Source of the DNA: Basidiobolus ranarum
Taxonomy: Eukaryota
Assembly: GCA_040143965.1 (NCBI GenBank)
Contig: JASJQH010000009.1
Coordinates: forward strand, 1-58,363
DNA length: 58,363 nucleotides
Direction of reading: 5' to 3'
In this document: one piece after another, positions 12,073-24,302 of the stretch
Numbering within the stretch: the first letter of the stretch is position 1
How the letters are laid out: every line of letters starts with the position of its first letter
Program-made: the position numbers and the translations under genes
Notes under the pieces: model-generated
Database searches by the model: none
What the model was told of the DNA's origin: nothing
The model's input: the letters and a program-made list of their open reading frames with translations, nothing else

Positions 12073-12668
12073 GGTTAGTTCAAATAGTGAAAGCACACGA
12101 TAGCGTTGATAATAGCGCGAGGTTAGGTTTTATTTTTTAACGCAATACAGAAAAAGAAATGCTATCATCAAATCCATTGGTTGTTTATTCTACGAATACA
12201 TACATAGCTAGGTTTCAATTTGATCCTTTAGATATGATAAGTGTGCAAAAATGGACTGATAACGAGAGAATTTTCATGACATTTGGTGATATCAGACCAT
12301 CAACTAACACTTGATTTTCCTTTTGAATAGCATCATTATGAATACATCAAAGCCCTCGCTCTTTGGATCTTGACTGGTTTTGAAATGAAAAGCGGTCACC
12401 TTGCCGGTACTCCACGCAACGGAATTTCCATACTCGTTTGGTTTAGGGGGATGTTGTGGTCACGGCGTACTAATATCTAAGTTCTGTCTCACCCTCACGT
12501 GCATTGGTGAATCAATGACCAGAAATTAAATGAAAAACTCCAATATCAGGTGACTAGAATCTATGGAAGACTTTTAGGGCTTAGGAGAATTGTATTTCTG
12601 TTCACCTAGCCCAAGTATAACCATCCTTCCACTTTAGGCTATTCACTCGAACTACACCAAACCCAGAT

Positions 12669-14553
12669 ATGAGTGAGAAAGATATTGGCGAACTTGAAGA
12701 TATATCAGCTGGATATTTAGGTAGCCAAGAGGCCACTTATCCACAAAAAGAAGTTTCCCAAATTTCAACCAATTCTCTCCCCAATAGCGTGCAAGTAGAG
12801 ACCGTCCAATTCGAAACAAACAATGTCCCTCTCTCTACCTCTCTCAACCAAGTTACATTAACTAATGAGTCCATAATAATGCCATCGACGATTAAGGGGC
12901 AAGAGGGGGTAGAATACCATCCTATTTACTCACCAGGCCTGGAGGAAAATCCTATGATCGAAAACCATTCAGTGAGAGTTGAAACTCAGGAAGAAATGCA
13001 AAAAAATCAACCTCCTATCGAAATGACTTCTACAAATGAAGAAAACGGTGTAACTTTTGACTTGAGTCAAGAGAGCAAACATTCAGCCGATAGAGTAGAA
13101 GATTCACAACAGCATTTTGGTACAGTGAATCATTCACTTGAGAAAGAAGTAAGTTTTTTTACTAAAAAAACGTATCTTGCTATTAGAAAACGAGTCGAAT
13201 TCTTTGAACACTCTCAATGAAGTGGATTTATCAGTTACAGACAGCTCTGCTGTAAATAGCCCTGAAGTTAAAAAAGTGAGAAATAGATGGACTCCAGAGG
13301 AAACTAACGCGCTAATTAATGGTTGCTTTGAGGTAAGTCTAAAATTATTAATTCAAGTCGAGGGTTGGTGTATTCATGTAAACTTTCCTTTATTTTGTCT
13401 TGAATAGCATGGAGTAGGTGCATGGAAAAAGATACTAGATGACTCAAAATATTCATTTGTGAACCGAACTTCCGTCGATCTAAAGGACAGGTTGGTTTTC
13501 CAAGAATTTTTAAAAAAACGCGTATCTTCAATTCTAATGACATTATTGTAATTAAGATTCCGAACATTGTTTCCAGAAGAGTATCATAGGTTGTATCATA
13601 CATCCATGCAAAAGCTTCGCGAGATTAAGAAGCAACCTGTAGAGTCTTACCCTACACCATTCCGTCGAGTAGACAGAAGACCGAAAAGAAAATTCAACCA
13701 AGAAGATGACGAGAATTTGAAAGCAGGATTCCAAAAGGTAAGGGGTCTAATTGTATTTGAAACGTTACATCTTTGAATCTTTTCTAAGCTTCATGCTAGT
13801 ATGGGTGTGCCTGGGCTAGAATCGTAAAAGATCCCACTTTAAATCTCCAGGATAGGAGAAGCACTGATCTTCGAGATAGGTTAGTGATACTAAAGGGGTC
13901 AATAAATGAGGCTGAATATTTATATGCTAAATTCTATTTAGGTTTAGGACTGCTTTCCCTGAAATATACGAGCAACTCGGGTATGCTCCTAAATATCCCA
14001 CCAAGCTTCTTCGCAGCCAGCCTAACGATGAAGCATCCGGTGTGTAGACATTGCCATCATAGAGCACTTATTTCTAACATTAACATGTCCACTCTTTTCA
14101 GATAGTTCACAGGTAACAGACCCAGCAAACACACCAAATTCTTACGTCGAAACTTCGGTCTTCCATGGCTTGGAAACTCATCCGTTACCGTCAATGCCGC
14201 GTACACCTGACCAGAATAGGGTGTTAGGTGTTTCTAATGAAGGCCCTTTAACCCCTCCTCCTACCAAGAGAAGAAAAAAGAAGAATATCCCTATTCGCCC
14301 TGAGCATGAAGAAACAGTGGAGTCGGTGTATGGGAAGGTGATTGATGCTCAACTCAAGGAAGGGGTACGTATACAGTGAATGGTTCGATATATGATAATG
14401 AGTATCTCATCCATGATTTGCCATCAGATCGAGTCAGATGTTTGGAGTTCGAATAATTCAGATCAATATGTCGGGACGTTTAGTCGGGTTGTATCATCCA
14501 CACCAACGTCGAATGATCAAGATCAATACCGTAAGATTCTTCCCAAACAGTGA
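12669..14553 (+). CDS. Double Myb/telobox-domain protein, Tay1/Teb1-like telomeric-repeat-binding factor
   Basis: Myb1 RNRWTPEETNALINGCFEHGVGAWKKILDD...RTSVDLKDRFRT; Myb2 RKFNQEDDENLKAGFQKYGCAWARIVKDP...RRSTDLRDRFRTAFPE (LKDR/LRDR telobox signature). Confidence 0.8.
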
Positions 14554-14563
14554 TGCAAAACAC

Positions 14564-14662
14564 CAACTGGTGAGACTAAACCAACATTAGGTTTTTCAAC
14601 TGATGAGACTAAACCAACATTAGGTTTTTCAACTGATGAGACTAAACCAACATTAGGTTTTT
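14564..14662 (+). repeat. Tandem repeat, 3 x 33 nt (CAACTGATGAGACTAAACCAACATTAGGTTTTT)
   Basis: Units start at 14564, 14597 and 14630; one mismatch in the first copy. Confidence 0.95.
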
Positions 14663-15625
14663 TGAGATAAGTAATTATAATCAGTCAACTGATAATATAT
14701 TCGATGTACGATTTGTTAAAATATATATAATATCAAAAACTTGTTCTTTTCTGATTGTTCTCCTACTTGATAGGAGTTGAATTGTTTGTTTTGTTTGTTT
14801 TTAATTAAAGTGAGTAAACAATAAGATCACCTGATCGAGATGAATATGAGACTTGGCCATAGGTAGGGAATGAGTGAGGGTAAAGGTGAGCTAAAGGTGA
14901 GGAATGTGAAATAGCTCACCTTGCGAACGATGTCTGAAACATTGGGGGAAAGAGAGGGGGGAAGAAAGGGGCTTTATAGATTCAAGTATCGCAGGTAATA
15001 GTATCGTTAGCAATAGCGTCGTTAGCACTATTATATTCAAGGTAGTTACTCTTCACAATAAACATTTCTAGCTATCTTTCTCTCAACCTCCATCATATGA
15101 CGCATTCACAAGTTGGATCAGCATTGTCAGGGTCAATGTGGCTAATATCGACAGAAATAATGGTATTGAAAGGGAGACGTGACAAATCTCACATGCTTAT
15201 ATTAATTCACTGCTGAATAGTCATGCATTGAGGATTGCCATATAATAGTCTTACATTGTGTGTCTACTTTTTTTTTATTTTTAATTGCCATGAAATAGAT
15301 ACGAAATTGACGACAAATTTGGAGCCGCAATTAAAACCAGTTTAGCTAGGGGTACGATTATTAAGTCACGTAATGAAGGTGGTGCAATACTCAGCTAATA
15401 TGGATTCTATTGTCTCTTAGCTGTCGTGCGGAATCCAATGATACTCTTCTCTTTGTTGTTAATACACATTCTCACTTTAAGCTAATAAATAGATTAATTA
15501 CATCTCAGCACTAATGGCGTCAATATCTCGTATAAGCCGCCCGGATTTGCAATAAAAGCCACCTTGTTCGCTCACCATCAATACACAACCTACCTCTCTT
15601 GTCCTAACCATCTGTACTTAACCCA

Positions 15626-16883
15626 ATGAAGCTTACTGCCTTTGAGTCCCTCTTGACTGCCCTTCTGACTCTCGATATTGTTGCGGCATACTCGACGTAC
15701 GTTTATTTACAAATTGCTTTTTATCCTGTTCATTTGTTAACCATTTCACAGCGTAAAAATCCATAAGGTAGATGAATCTCCCTCTCAGAGACTCACAAGA
15801 TATGCTCGAACTGGACAGTATGCTGCCCAAAAATACTTTGGAATCTCTGGTCATAAAAGTGAACAATCATTGATTCCTGTTGATGAGTTCGGAAAAGCTA
15901 AACATGGTGTTCCAATCTCTAACTTCATGAATGCTCAATACTTTGGTGAAGTCCAAATTGGCACCCCTGCTCAAACTTTCAAGGTGGTCTTTGACACTGG
16001 GTCTTCCAACCTTTGGGTACCATCTACCCACTGTTCTTCCATCGCTTGCTTTTTCCATACTCGCTTCAATTCCGAGCAAAGTTCTACACACAAGGCCAAT
16101 GGCACTCAGTTTGCCATCCGCTATGGTAGTGGAAGCTTGGAAGGAATTATCAGCAACGATGTAGTTCGCATCGGTGATGTCACCATTGAAGATTGCGACT
16201 TTGGTGAGTCTGTCAAAGAACCAGGGCTTGCCTTTGCTTTCGGTAAATTTGACGGTATCATGGGTATGGGTTACAACACCATCTCAGTTAAGAGTGTGAT
16301 CCCACCATTCTATCATATGGTGGACAAAAAGCTCATCGATAAACCCATGTTCTCATTCTGGTTGAACAACGCAGAATCCGGAAATGAGGGCGGTGAGCTA
16401 GTTCTTGGTGGCTACAATTCTGATCACTTCTCTGGAAAGATTCACTGGGTCCCTGTAACACGTAAAGGATACTGGGAAGTTGAGCTTGAATCTGTCGCTT
16501 TTGGAGATGATGACATCGGTTTGGATCCTGTTGGAGCTGCCATTGATACGGGCAGCTCACTGTTAGTAGTTCCCTCTGCATTGGCCGACTTAATCAACAG
16601 TCTACTCGGTGCCAAGAAGAATTTTGCAGGACAGTATGTGTTGGATTGTGCGAAAATCCCCAGTCTTCCTAGCTTGACTCTCACTTTTGGTGGCAAGCCC
16701 TTCACTTTGACTGCTGAGCAATATATCTTGAAAGTACAAAACCAATGTGTATCTGGATTCATGGGTATGGACATTCCTGCTCCTGCTGGGCCTCTTTGGA
16801 TCGTTGGTGATGTGTTCCTCAGAGCTTACTATACTATCTACGATCTAGGCAAGCATCGTGTTGGTTTTGCCAAGTCCAAGTAA
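15626..16883 (+). CDS. PEP4: Vacuolar aspartic protease (proteinase A / cathepsin D-like)
   Basis: Signal peptide MKLTAFESLLTALL, one early intron, NFMNAQYFGEV, catalytic FDTGSSNLW and IDTGSS, IVGDVFLR. Confidence 0.93.
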
Positions 16884-17204
16884 ACAGAAATTCAACCAAA
16901 TCAGACACCTTCATTGTACCCAGTTTCTCCCCCTTTTTCTGTCTTAAATGTGAACTTTCCAATTTGTATATCAACATAAATTGTTTGATCATTAATTTGA
17001 TAATATGGCTAATAAATATGTCGAATGTAAATTATCTGCAACTACTATCATTTCTACTCTGGACGAGTAAACTTGATTCTTTTTAATATATGCATTAAAA
17101 ATTGCTTAGCCAACCAAAACTGAAAATTATAATCATTTAGGGTTTTGGGATTTTTACCACAAGAGGTCATTTTTTGCAATTGCAACTTAGTATTTATTTG
17201 TATC

Positions 17205-18705
17205 ATGTCAAACAGCACGGAGCCTTTGGAAGAAGTACCGACTCCTGACTACAATGAAAACATACCACCCACAAAAAGGAAGAAGCCAAGCGAGGTTGAA
17301 CAAGAATCAACGTTCTCTTGCACACAAGTGTGGAATCGTTGGCTAGATCAAAATATCAATACTTTAGTAGTGGGGAAAATGTTTGCTGATCAAGCAGAGG
17401 CGGATGTCATATTGGGAACAGACACTGGAAATATCATTGTAATTAATTCGAATAAAGTGAGTATTCAGAACATTTTTATCTCCTTTTATTTCCTGACTGA
17501 TTAATAAGAGTACCCTCCGTAAAGAAAGACGTCATTCTAGATACGAAGGCAGATGCCATTCAGACTTTACTCTTACATGATGTGACAAGATTGGGTGGTT
17601 CAGAACTTCTGGCTGGTGATTCTCAAGGAACCATTATTACTTTCTGTCGAGAGCAAATACTCAGTAAACAATCTTTTGGCTCTTCAGTCAAATGCCTGGA
17701 GGTCTATTTTGATGCTTGTAAGTATCATGATATATTTTTGCTCTGTATTCAGTCGCTCAATTAATAACGCCGAGTTTAGTAAATGGATTCGAAATAGTAT
17801 CAGGTGATGTGTCTGGAGTTATCACAGCCTTTCTTCCACATTGGCGTTTGTGGCGTATAAGTCTTTATGATGAAACATTTAAACTTCCTAGAGCGTACTT
17901 GGTTAGTATTGATGGCCCCCAGTAATTCATGATACACCCAACATCTCTAATGAAAGCCAATTTTCTCAAAATTAGAATGACACAGATGATCCGGCTATTC
18001 GATGCTTATTATCAGTAATCTTACCAGATGTCCATGGAGTTGATACACACTTTATACTGGCCTGTGATGGAAGTCCCTATGTGCATTTCTTGCAGAAAGG
18101 AACGTTAACCAAAAGTCTAGAGTTGCCTAGCTTGATAAATTGTGTATGTATAATCAATGCTGGCATCATCGATACTCATCTAATCAACAACAATGTCTGA
18201 ATTAGATGTGCTATGGGTATTTTACAGAAAACGATGCTCCCGAGAAAGCCTTGCAAGTAGCTTTAGGTGGCAACGATGGAAATGTGTATATATTGGAGAA
18301 CTTCAAGGTAATCAACATCCCATTACAAATTTGGATTTTCAAGTGCACCATATTGAAATACTTTGCTTAGGTGAGCAAACATATCAATATTGATCATCCC
18401 GTGACGAATGTCAAGCGACTCAAAGCTGAAGGAGCCACCGACATTTTGCTATGCACCGGACACATGAATGGTGCGCAACTTTACAAAGATGGAAAGGTAG
18501 ATATATATTCCATGGTTTCTTCATATGCAGCATGTTATTGATCTGTCCAATATCTTGTTTTTAGCTAATATATCGAATAGAAACTGATGATTGGATTCAT
18601 GGCGTCGGCATTGGAGATATAGACAAGGATGGCGTTGATGAGATGGTCTTTAGTTCACTGAATAATGAGATCTTGGTTTACAAGTATCAAAGCACTGCAC
18701 TCTAA
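17205..18705 (+). CDS. Uncharacterised beta-propeller protein with FG-GAP-like motifs
   Basis: Multi-exon; repeated blade-like motifs VILGTDTGNI, DVTRLGGSELLAGDSQGTI, IVSGDVSGVI, VALGGNDGNVY, GIGDIDKDGVDEMVFSSLNNEILVYKY*. Confidence 0.65.
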
Positions 18706-19164
18706 ACCTCCAGTTGATTACATAATTATGCTTCGGTTACAAATGAGCTAGTTTACATCTTAAAGTCAATTCTTCCTTCCTTCACTTGTTTAGAACCTGA
18801 TGGTTAGATGTATAGAGAAATAATAAACGACTACTCGTGCGCTTAAATCTTTCATAGATAGCCCTGATATACTATATAAATTAATAATTGATACAATTTG
18901 AGTGCACACATGGATTGACGGACTAATGGGAGTTTGATAATTTACTTTATGCTTCACAAAATAGATCAAATTCGTAATGACGTCGCATTTGCTTCAAACC
19001 ACCCTCATCTTCTCCTAATTTGAACCAATCATCTTTCGGTAAGGTAAATGTTGCCCTATTTGTGACAGTTCTTTTCGGCATAACTCTTCAAGGGGTCACT
19101 TCTCTATAAAGGCGACTTCAACGACCTTCCTCTCCGCTGCAAACTAATCCTTTCTCCTGCTACC

Positions 19165-19918
19165 ATGTCCATCGTAATTACTCCCAAGTATAGCTGGGTA
19201 AGTTGCTTCTTTTATTTCGAAATAACCAGTGTACTAATCCCAGGAAACGGTAGTGCGTTATCACTGCTGTCGGTATGAGCTTTCAACTTCTGTTGACTGG
19301 TGGTGCCGTCGGTGCTGCTAGAAAGAAGTACACTATTCCCGTAAGTTTTCTTCACGGCTAACGCTTTGGTTTCGGATACCTTTTGCTCACCTCATGCTTG
19401 TACAGTATCCTGATATGGGAAATGGTCGTTTTGCCGCTAAGCTTACGTATGTATAGCCCCATATACCACGCAGGTTACACATGACTAATTTTTGGAACAT
19501 ACTAGGGATGAGGAGTGGACTGAATTCAACAATATTCAGCGTACTCACCAAAATTACGTAAGCCTTTTCAATGGGAATATTTCCTCTCGTTGAATCTAGA
19601 CTAATGGTTTGTCTAGGTTGAGCAAATCTCCACTGCTCAAAGTTTAGTACTACTTGGTGGTCTTTACTTCCCAGAAATTAGTGCTACCCTTGGTGCCATT
19701 TATATTGTGAATATCCAGTTTTTATATATTTCTGTGGGAACATTTATACTTACCAACCTTTATCGTTTCAGTTCGGACGTGTCCTCTATACTGAAGGCTA
19801 CAAGAGAGTTGGCTCCAAAGGGCGTATCTATGGTGTTATCCCTATTGATCTCAGTCTTTTAGGTTTGGTAGGAGTCACCCTTTTCGGAGCCGCCAAGACA
19901 TTGAAGCTTATCAAGTAA
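19165..19918 (+). CDS. MAPEG family, microsomal glutathione S-transferase 3-like (5 introns)
   Basis: VGAARKKYTIPYPDMGNGRFAAKLTDEEWTEFNNIQRTHQNYVEQ...GRVLYTEGY; TATAAA near 19105. Confidence 0.9.
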
Positions 19919-20131
19919 CTGTCCGCAGTGAGATTTTTTATGCATTCCACCCCGAAATAAACGATTCTTTAAAACTAAACCTAATGAAGATAATCTTCAC
20001 TATCTCGGCCATAATAGGTGGGGTTTCCTATAATAAAATATCATTTGCTGACAAATTGGTGAAAATCTATAAATCCATCATGTACCATGGTTTTCAACCT
20101 TGTCTTCGCTAAGAGCTACTTTTCATAGAAT

Positions 20132-20572
20132 ATGTCCATCGTTATTTCCCCCGAGTTTGCTTGGCCAGTCCTTGCCGCCGCCTTCATGGGCATTCAATTG
20201 GTCGTTATTGGTGCTGGTGTAGGTGCGGCCAGAAAGAAGTACAAGGTTGATTATCCTGATATGGGATGCGGTCGTTATGCTGATAAACTCAGTGATGAAG
20301 ACTGGGTAGCCTTCAATAATGTTCAAAGATCACATCAAAATTATGTGGAGCAAATTTCTTCTGCTCAAGTGTTTGTACTTCTTTCCGGACTTTTCTACCC
20401 CAAGGTTAGTGGATTCTTGGGCTTTACTTACATCGTCGGACGTCAACTGTACTCTGCTGGTTATCGTTCCAAGGGACCAGAAGGACGTATGATCGGTGCC
20501 ATTGCTTTAGATGTTGCACTTGTGGTCATGTTCCTTATTATTGTCTACAACGCTGTGAAACTTCTGTTGTAA
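20132..20572 (+). CDS. MAPEG family, MGST3-like, intronless paralog
   Basis: Single ORF: VGAARKKYKVDYPDMGCGRYADKLSDEDWVAFNNVQRSHQNYVEQ...GRQLYSAGY; TATAAA near 20069. Confidence 0.92.
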   Translation: MSIVISPEFAWPVLAAAFMGIQLVVIGAGVGAARKKYKVDYPDMGCGRYADKLSDEDWVAFNNVQRSHQNYVEQISSAQVFVLLSGLFYPKVSGFLGFTYIVGRQLYSAGYRSKGPEGRMIGAIALDVALVVMFLIIVYNAVKLLL

Positions 20573-20851
20573 ATGTTTCCATGAATTTGTAAAATGAATG
20601 AACTTAAAATTATCGAATTTCGAAAATATATGAAATAATAAAGTGATTTTATATATCTTGTCTATGTTCAAATAATCCCAAGAATGGGTATTAGTTGTTT
20701 GAACACATTAGGGGGAATGAATTGAGGGGTTGAATGTTGGATGGATAAAAGGGGAACTTGATCTACTCTAGTGAATTGAATGAAACATGAAACAATGCAA
20801 AGGATATCAATAAATAGGAAACAAAAAAGTTGAGTATGTTCTTTATATTCT

Positions 20852-23800
20852 CTATTTCTTAAGTAGAGTGTAGAAGGCATCTTGGGGAAGCTCAACATTT
20901 CCAATCATCTTCATACGCTTCTTGCCTTCCTTCTGTTTATTTAACAGTTTCATCTTACGAGATACGTCTCCACCATACTATACAGTTTAAAGGAGAATAT
21001 TATTAAGAGTAAAGAAGTTTTGACAATCAGGGTTATTTACTTACACATTTAGCAGTGACATTTTTACGCATGGCAGAAATGCTCTCTCGGGCAATGATCT
21101 TTTTACCGATAGCCGTTTGAATAACCACTTCGAAAAGTTGTCTGGATAACAAGGATATTTAGGATGTATCCAAAGTGAACATACAAAGTGGGTCAAAAGT
21201 GGTAATAACACTATACCTCTCAATGACTGATTTCAATTTCTTGGCCCATTCACGGCCTACTAGTTCAGCTTTAGAGCGATGCAATACCATAGCCAAGGCA
21301 TCAACAGGGCTTCCATTTAGCAGGACATTCAACTAGGAATATAATACGTTTAGAATATTAAAGGTAGGGATAGTTGGTTCAAAGGGTCATATTCTCTTAC
21401 CTTAACTAAATCAGATTCCTGGTATTCGGTCTCTTCATAATCGAAACTAGCATATCCAGAGGTACGTGATTTCAACTGGTCAAAGAAGTCGGTAACTACC
21501 TCAGACATTGGGAGAGTATATTTCATAAGAACTCGAGTATCATCGATGTATGAATATTCTTGTTGTTCACCACGATGAGCCTATTCGATTAGAAGATTAA
21601 AACGAATGAATCAATCAAGTGAACATAAGTGATTCCTTACTCCACACAACTCCATCATTGGGCCCATGTATTCGTCAGGGAAGATCATAGTGGCCATGAC
21701 CATTGGTTCTCGAAGGGCTATCACTTTGTGGGCCATATCTTCAGGTTCAGGAAATTCGGCAGGTGTGCGAATATCTTTAATTTCACCATTCGTGTATTCG
21801 ACTATATTACAAAGGTTATTTGGGTACATGTGCTGATAACACACTACACTGCTACAAACCTCGGTAAGGAACCGTTGGTTGGGTCACGATAACATTAGCT
21901 GCATATTCCTATAGAAAGGTGAAAAATACTTTTAGCCAACATTTGGGATGTTTGTTCTCATCACTGCTGTTACCTCTTCCAATCTTTGACGGAAAACATC
22001 CAAGTGTAGAGTGCCTAAGAAACCCAATCTCCAGCCTTGTCCAAGTGCCACACTGTAGTTAATCATAAGCCGATGATCAATAAGATGGCTCAATAACGAG
22101 GTTTCAACCTACAATTACCTAGTTTCTCTTTGTGTAGTTACGCTGGAATCATTGAGGGTGAGCTTGGTAATCGATTCTTCAAGCTTGGTAAAATCATTGG
22201 TATCTACAGGGTAAACACCGGCGAACACCTTCGAACCAACAGCTTAGCTAAATTCTCAAAAGATATTTCCAACAAAGGCAACTAACCATGGATTTCACTG
22301 GAACGAAACCTGGTAGCGGCTCAACCGATTGCTTTTGATGACAGAAAGTGTCACCAATATGTGCCTCAGTGGCCACCTTCATATTAATGACAATATAGCC
22401 AACTTGACCGGCATGTCTAGATATTGATCAGTTGAATGGAACTAGAGAGAACGATGTCGGATCTACTTACAGCGCCTTGGTTGGAGTCCTCTCGGGATGT
22501 ATGATGCCAACTTCCATCACGTCGTATTTATTACCAGAATGAACGGAAAGTACTTTATCACCTGTAACACAATTGACAATGAGTTAAAACAACTGCATCA
22601 TAGCCATCAATGTAGATTCTTACCTTTCTGTACTCTTCCCTCTTTGATTGCCATCAAGCAGATCACACCCACATAAGCATCATACCAAGAATCAAACAAA
22701 AGAGCCCTCAAAGGGCCATTCATGTCTCCTACAGGACTGGACATATCATTAATAAGGCTCTACAGTGCTGTATAAGTGACCAGACGGAAACCTTTGGATT
22801 TTCTCTATCACTGCTGGGAGAACTTGGTCAATGTTGAGCCCGGATTTGGCAGAAATCTACATGAAAATTGACTTGTCAGAGATTTGCAATGTGTGAGATA
22901 TACACATGGATATATATACTTTAATAATATCGTTTGTATCCAGTTCGAAAGTATTCGCGATTTGACTCTCGACTTTATCAGGATCGGCAGTTGGTAAATC
23001 AACCTAAAGAAAATATCCCATCAGTTTAAGCCTAGAATGCTGATCGCCTTAATAAAGTCGTAAACCTTGTTGATAACTGGAATAATCGATAGATCTTGTC
23101 CAAACGCCAGGAAGAAGTTCGCCACTGTTTGAGCTTGAATTCCTTGACATGCATCCACTAACAGAATGGCGCCTTGACAAGCGGCTAAAGAGCGAGAAAC
23201 TTCATAACTAAAGTCGACGTGTCCCTAAGCACCAGTTACATGGATGAGATATTATGTTCACGCTACTAATTCGTATCGGACTCATATACATACTGGAGTA
23301 TCGATCAGATTTACAAGGTATTCCTTTCCTTTATGTTTGTAGAACATGGACACCGTCTAGAAATTTTTCAAATGAATATCGCAAAGTAGAATCAATTCTA
23401 ATTGAAGTATATCAACTAACCTGAGCCTTGACTGTAATACCTCTTTCGCGTTCTACTTTAAGCTTATCCAACACTTGCTTATTTCCAGATTTGGTGGTAA
23501 TTGTACCTATATACAACAATTCAATATACTTCCAAGGCACTAATTGGACGGAAAGAATAGACATACCAGTTGTTTCTAATAAACGGTCAGCGAGAGTACT
23601 TTTACCATGGTCTAAAAATTTCAGAGTGTTCAGTTGAAGTTTTTCGTTTTATGGTGTATACAAGTTTCTACAGATAACGTATTCAAAGGAATATCATACC
23701 AATGTGAGCAATGATACTGAAATTTCGTATATTTTCCGGTGGGTAATTAGTCAAATCCAATTCTTTATCCTTAAAATTTACAATTATATCAACATACTTC

Positions 23801-24049
23801 TTCCATAAACGAATGCACCAATATTTGTTTGTCAGTTAACGACCAAAAATATACCTTTAATGACCTCGAGTTACTGAAGTGAGCACGACCAATTCTACCA
23901 GTATTATTTTTAACTCTTAAAATGGCCTGTGTTCTCTGAGAGGTATAGGTACTTAAAGAATTTGAATTTCGGCTCCAAAAAACTCTAGCTTCCAGGCCAA
24001 AGCGGGGGCTATTCCTCAAAGTATTAATGGAATTCCACAATAACGACAT
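20852..24049 (-). CDS. GUF1: Mitochondrial translation factor GUF1 (LepA/EF-4), many exons
   Basis: Mitochondrial-targeting-like N-terminus; [64 protein letters not shown]...[10 protein letters not shown]. Confidence 0.93.
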
Positions 24050-24302
24050 TTCCAAACCAAAGTTAACCAAAAGTTGCGTTTAGTAAGGAGAAAACCGTTT
24101 TGAAAGGGCTTTTGGGACGGGGAAATTTCTTTTTCGACACCAACTCGAAGTTGGTTAGGATTTCTAAAAAATTAGAATATTTTAACAATAATTTTGTAAA
24201 TTAGGTAAATTGAGATGATCCAATGCTAGTATTCATCTATAGAAATTCAACCATATATATTCAACTTCCTCTTGTAATAAGCCTTTTGGCAAGTATAGGA
24301 AT

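Noticed and set aside
14551-14556. TGA-TGC as a selenocysteine-Cys motif
   Set aside because: No redox-protein context and no recognisable SECIS; a Myb protein is not a known selenoprotein family
14564-14662. CRISPR-like array, or hammerhead ribozyme (CTGATGA in the repeat units)
   Set aside because: The units are contiguous with no unique spacers, the context is eukaryotic with no cas genes, and no GAAA core follows a stem II
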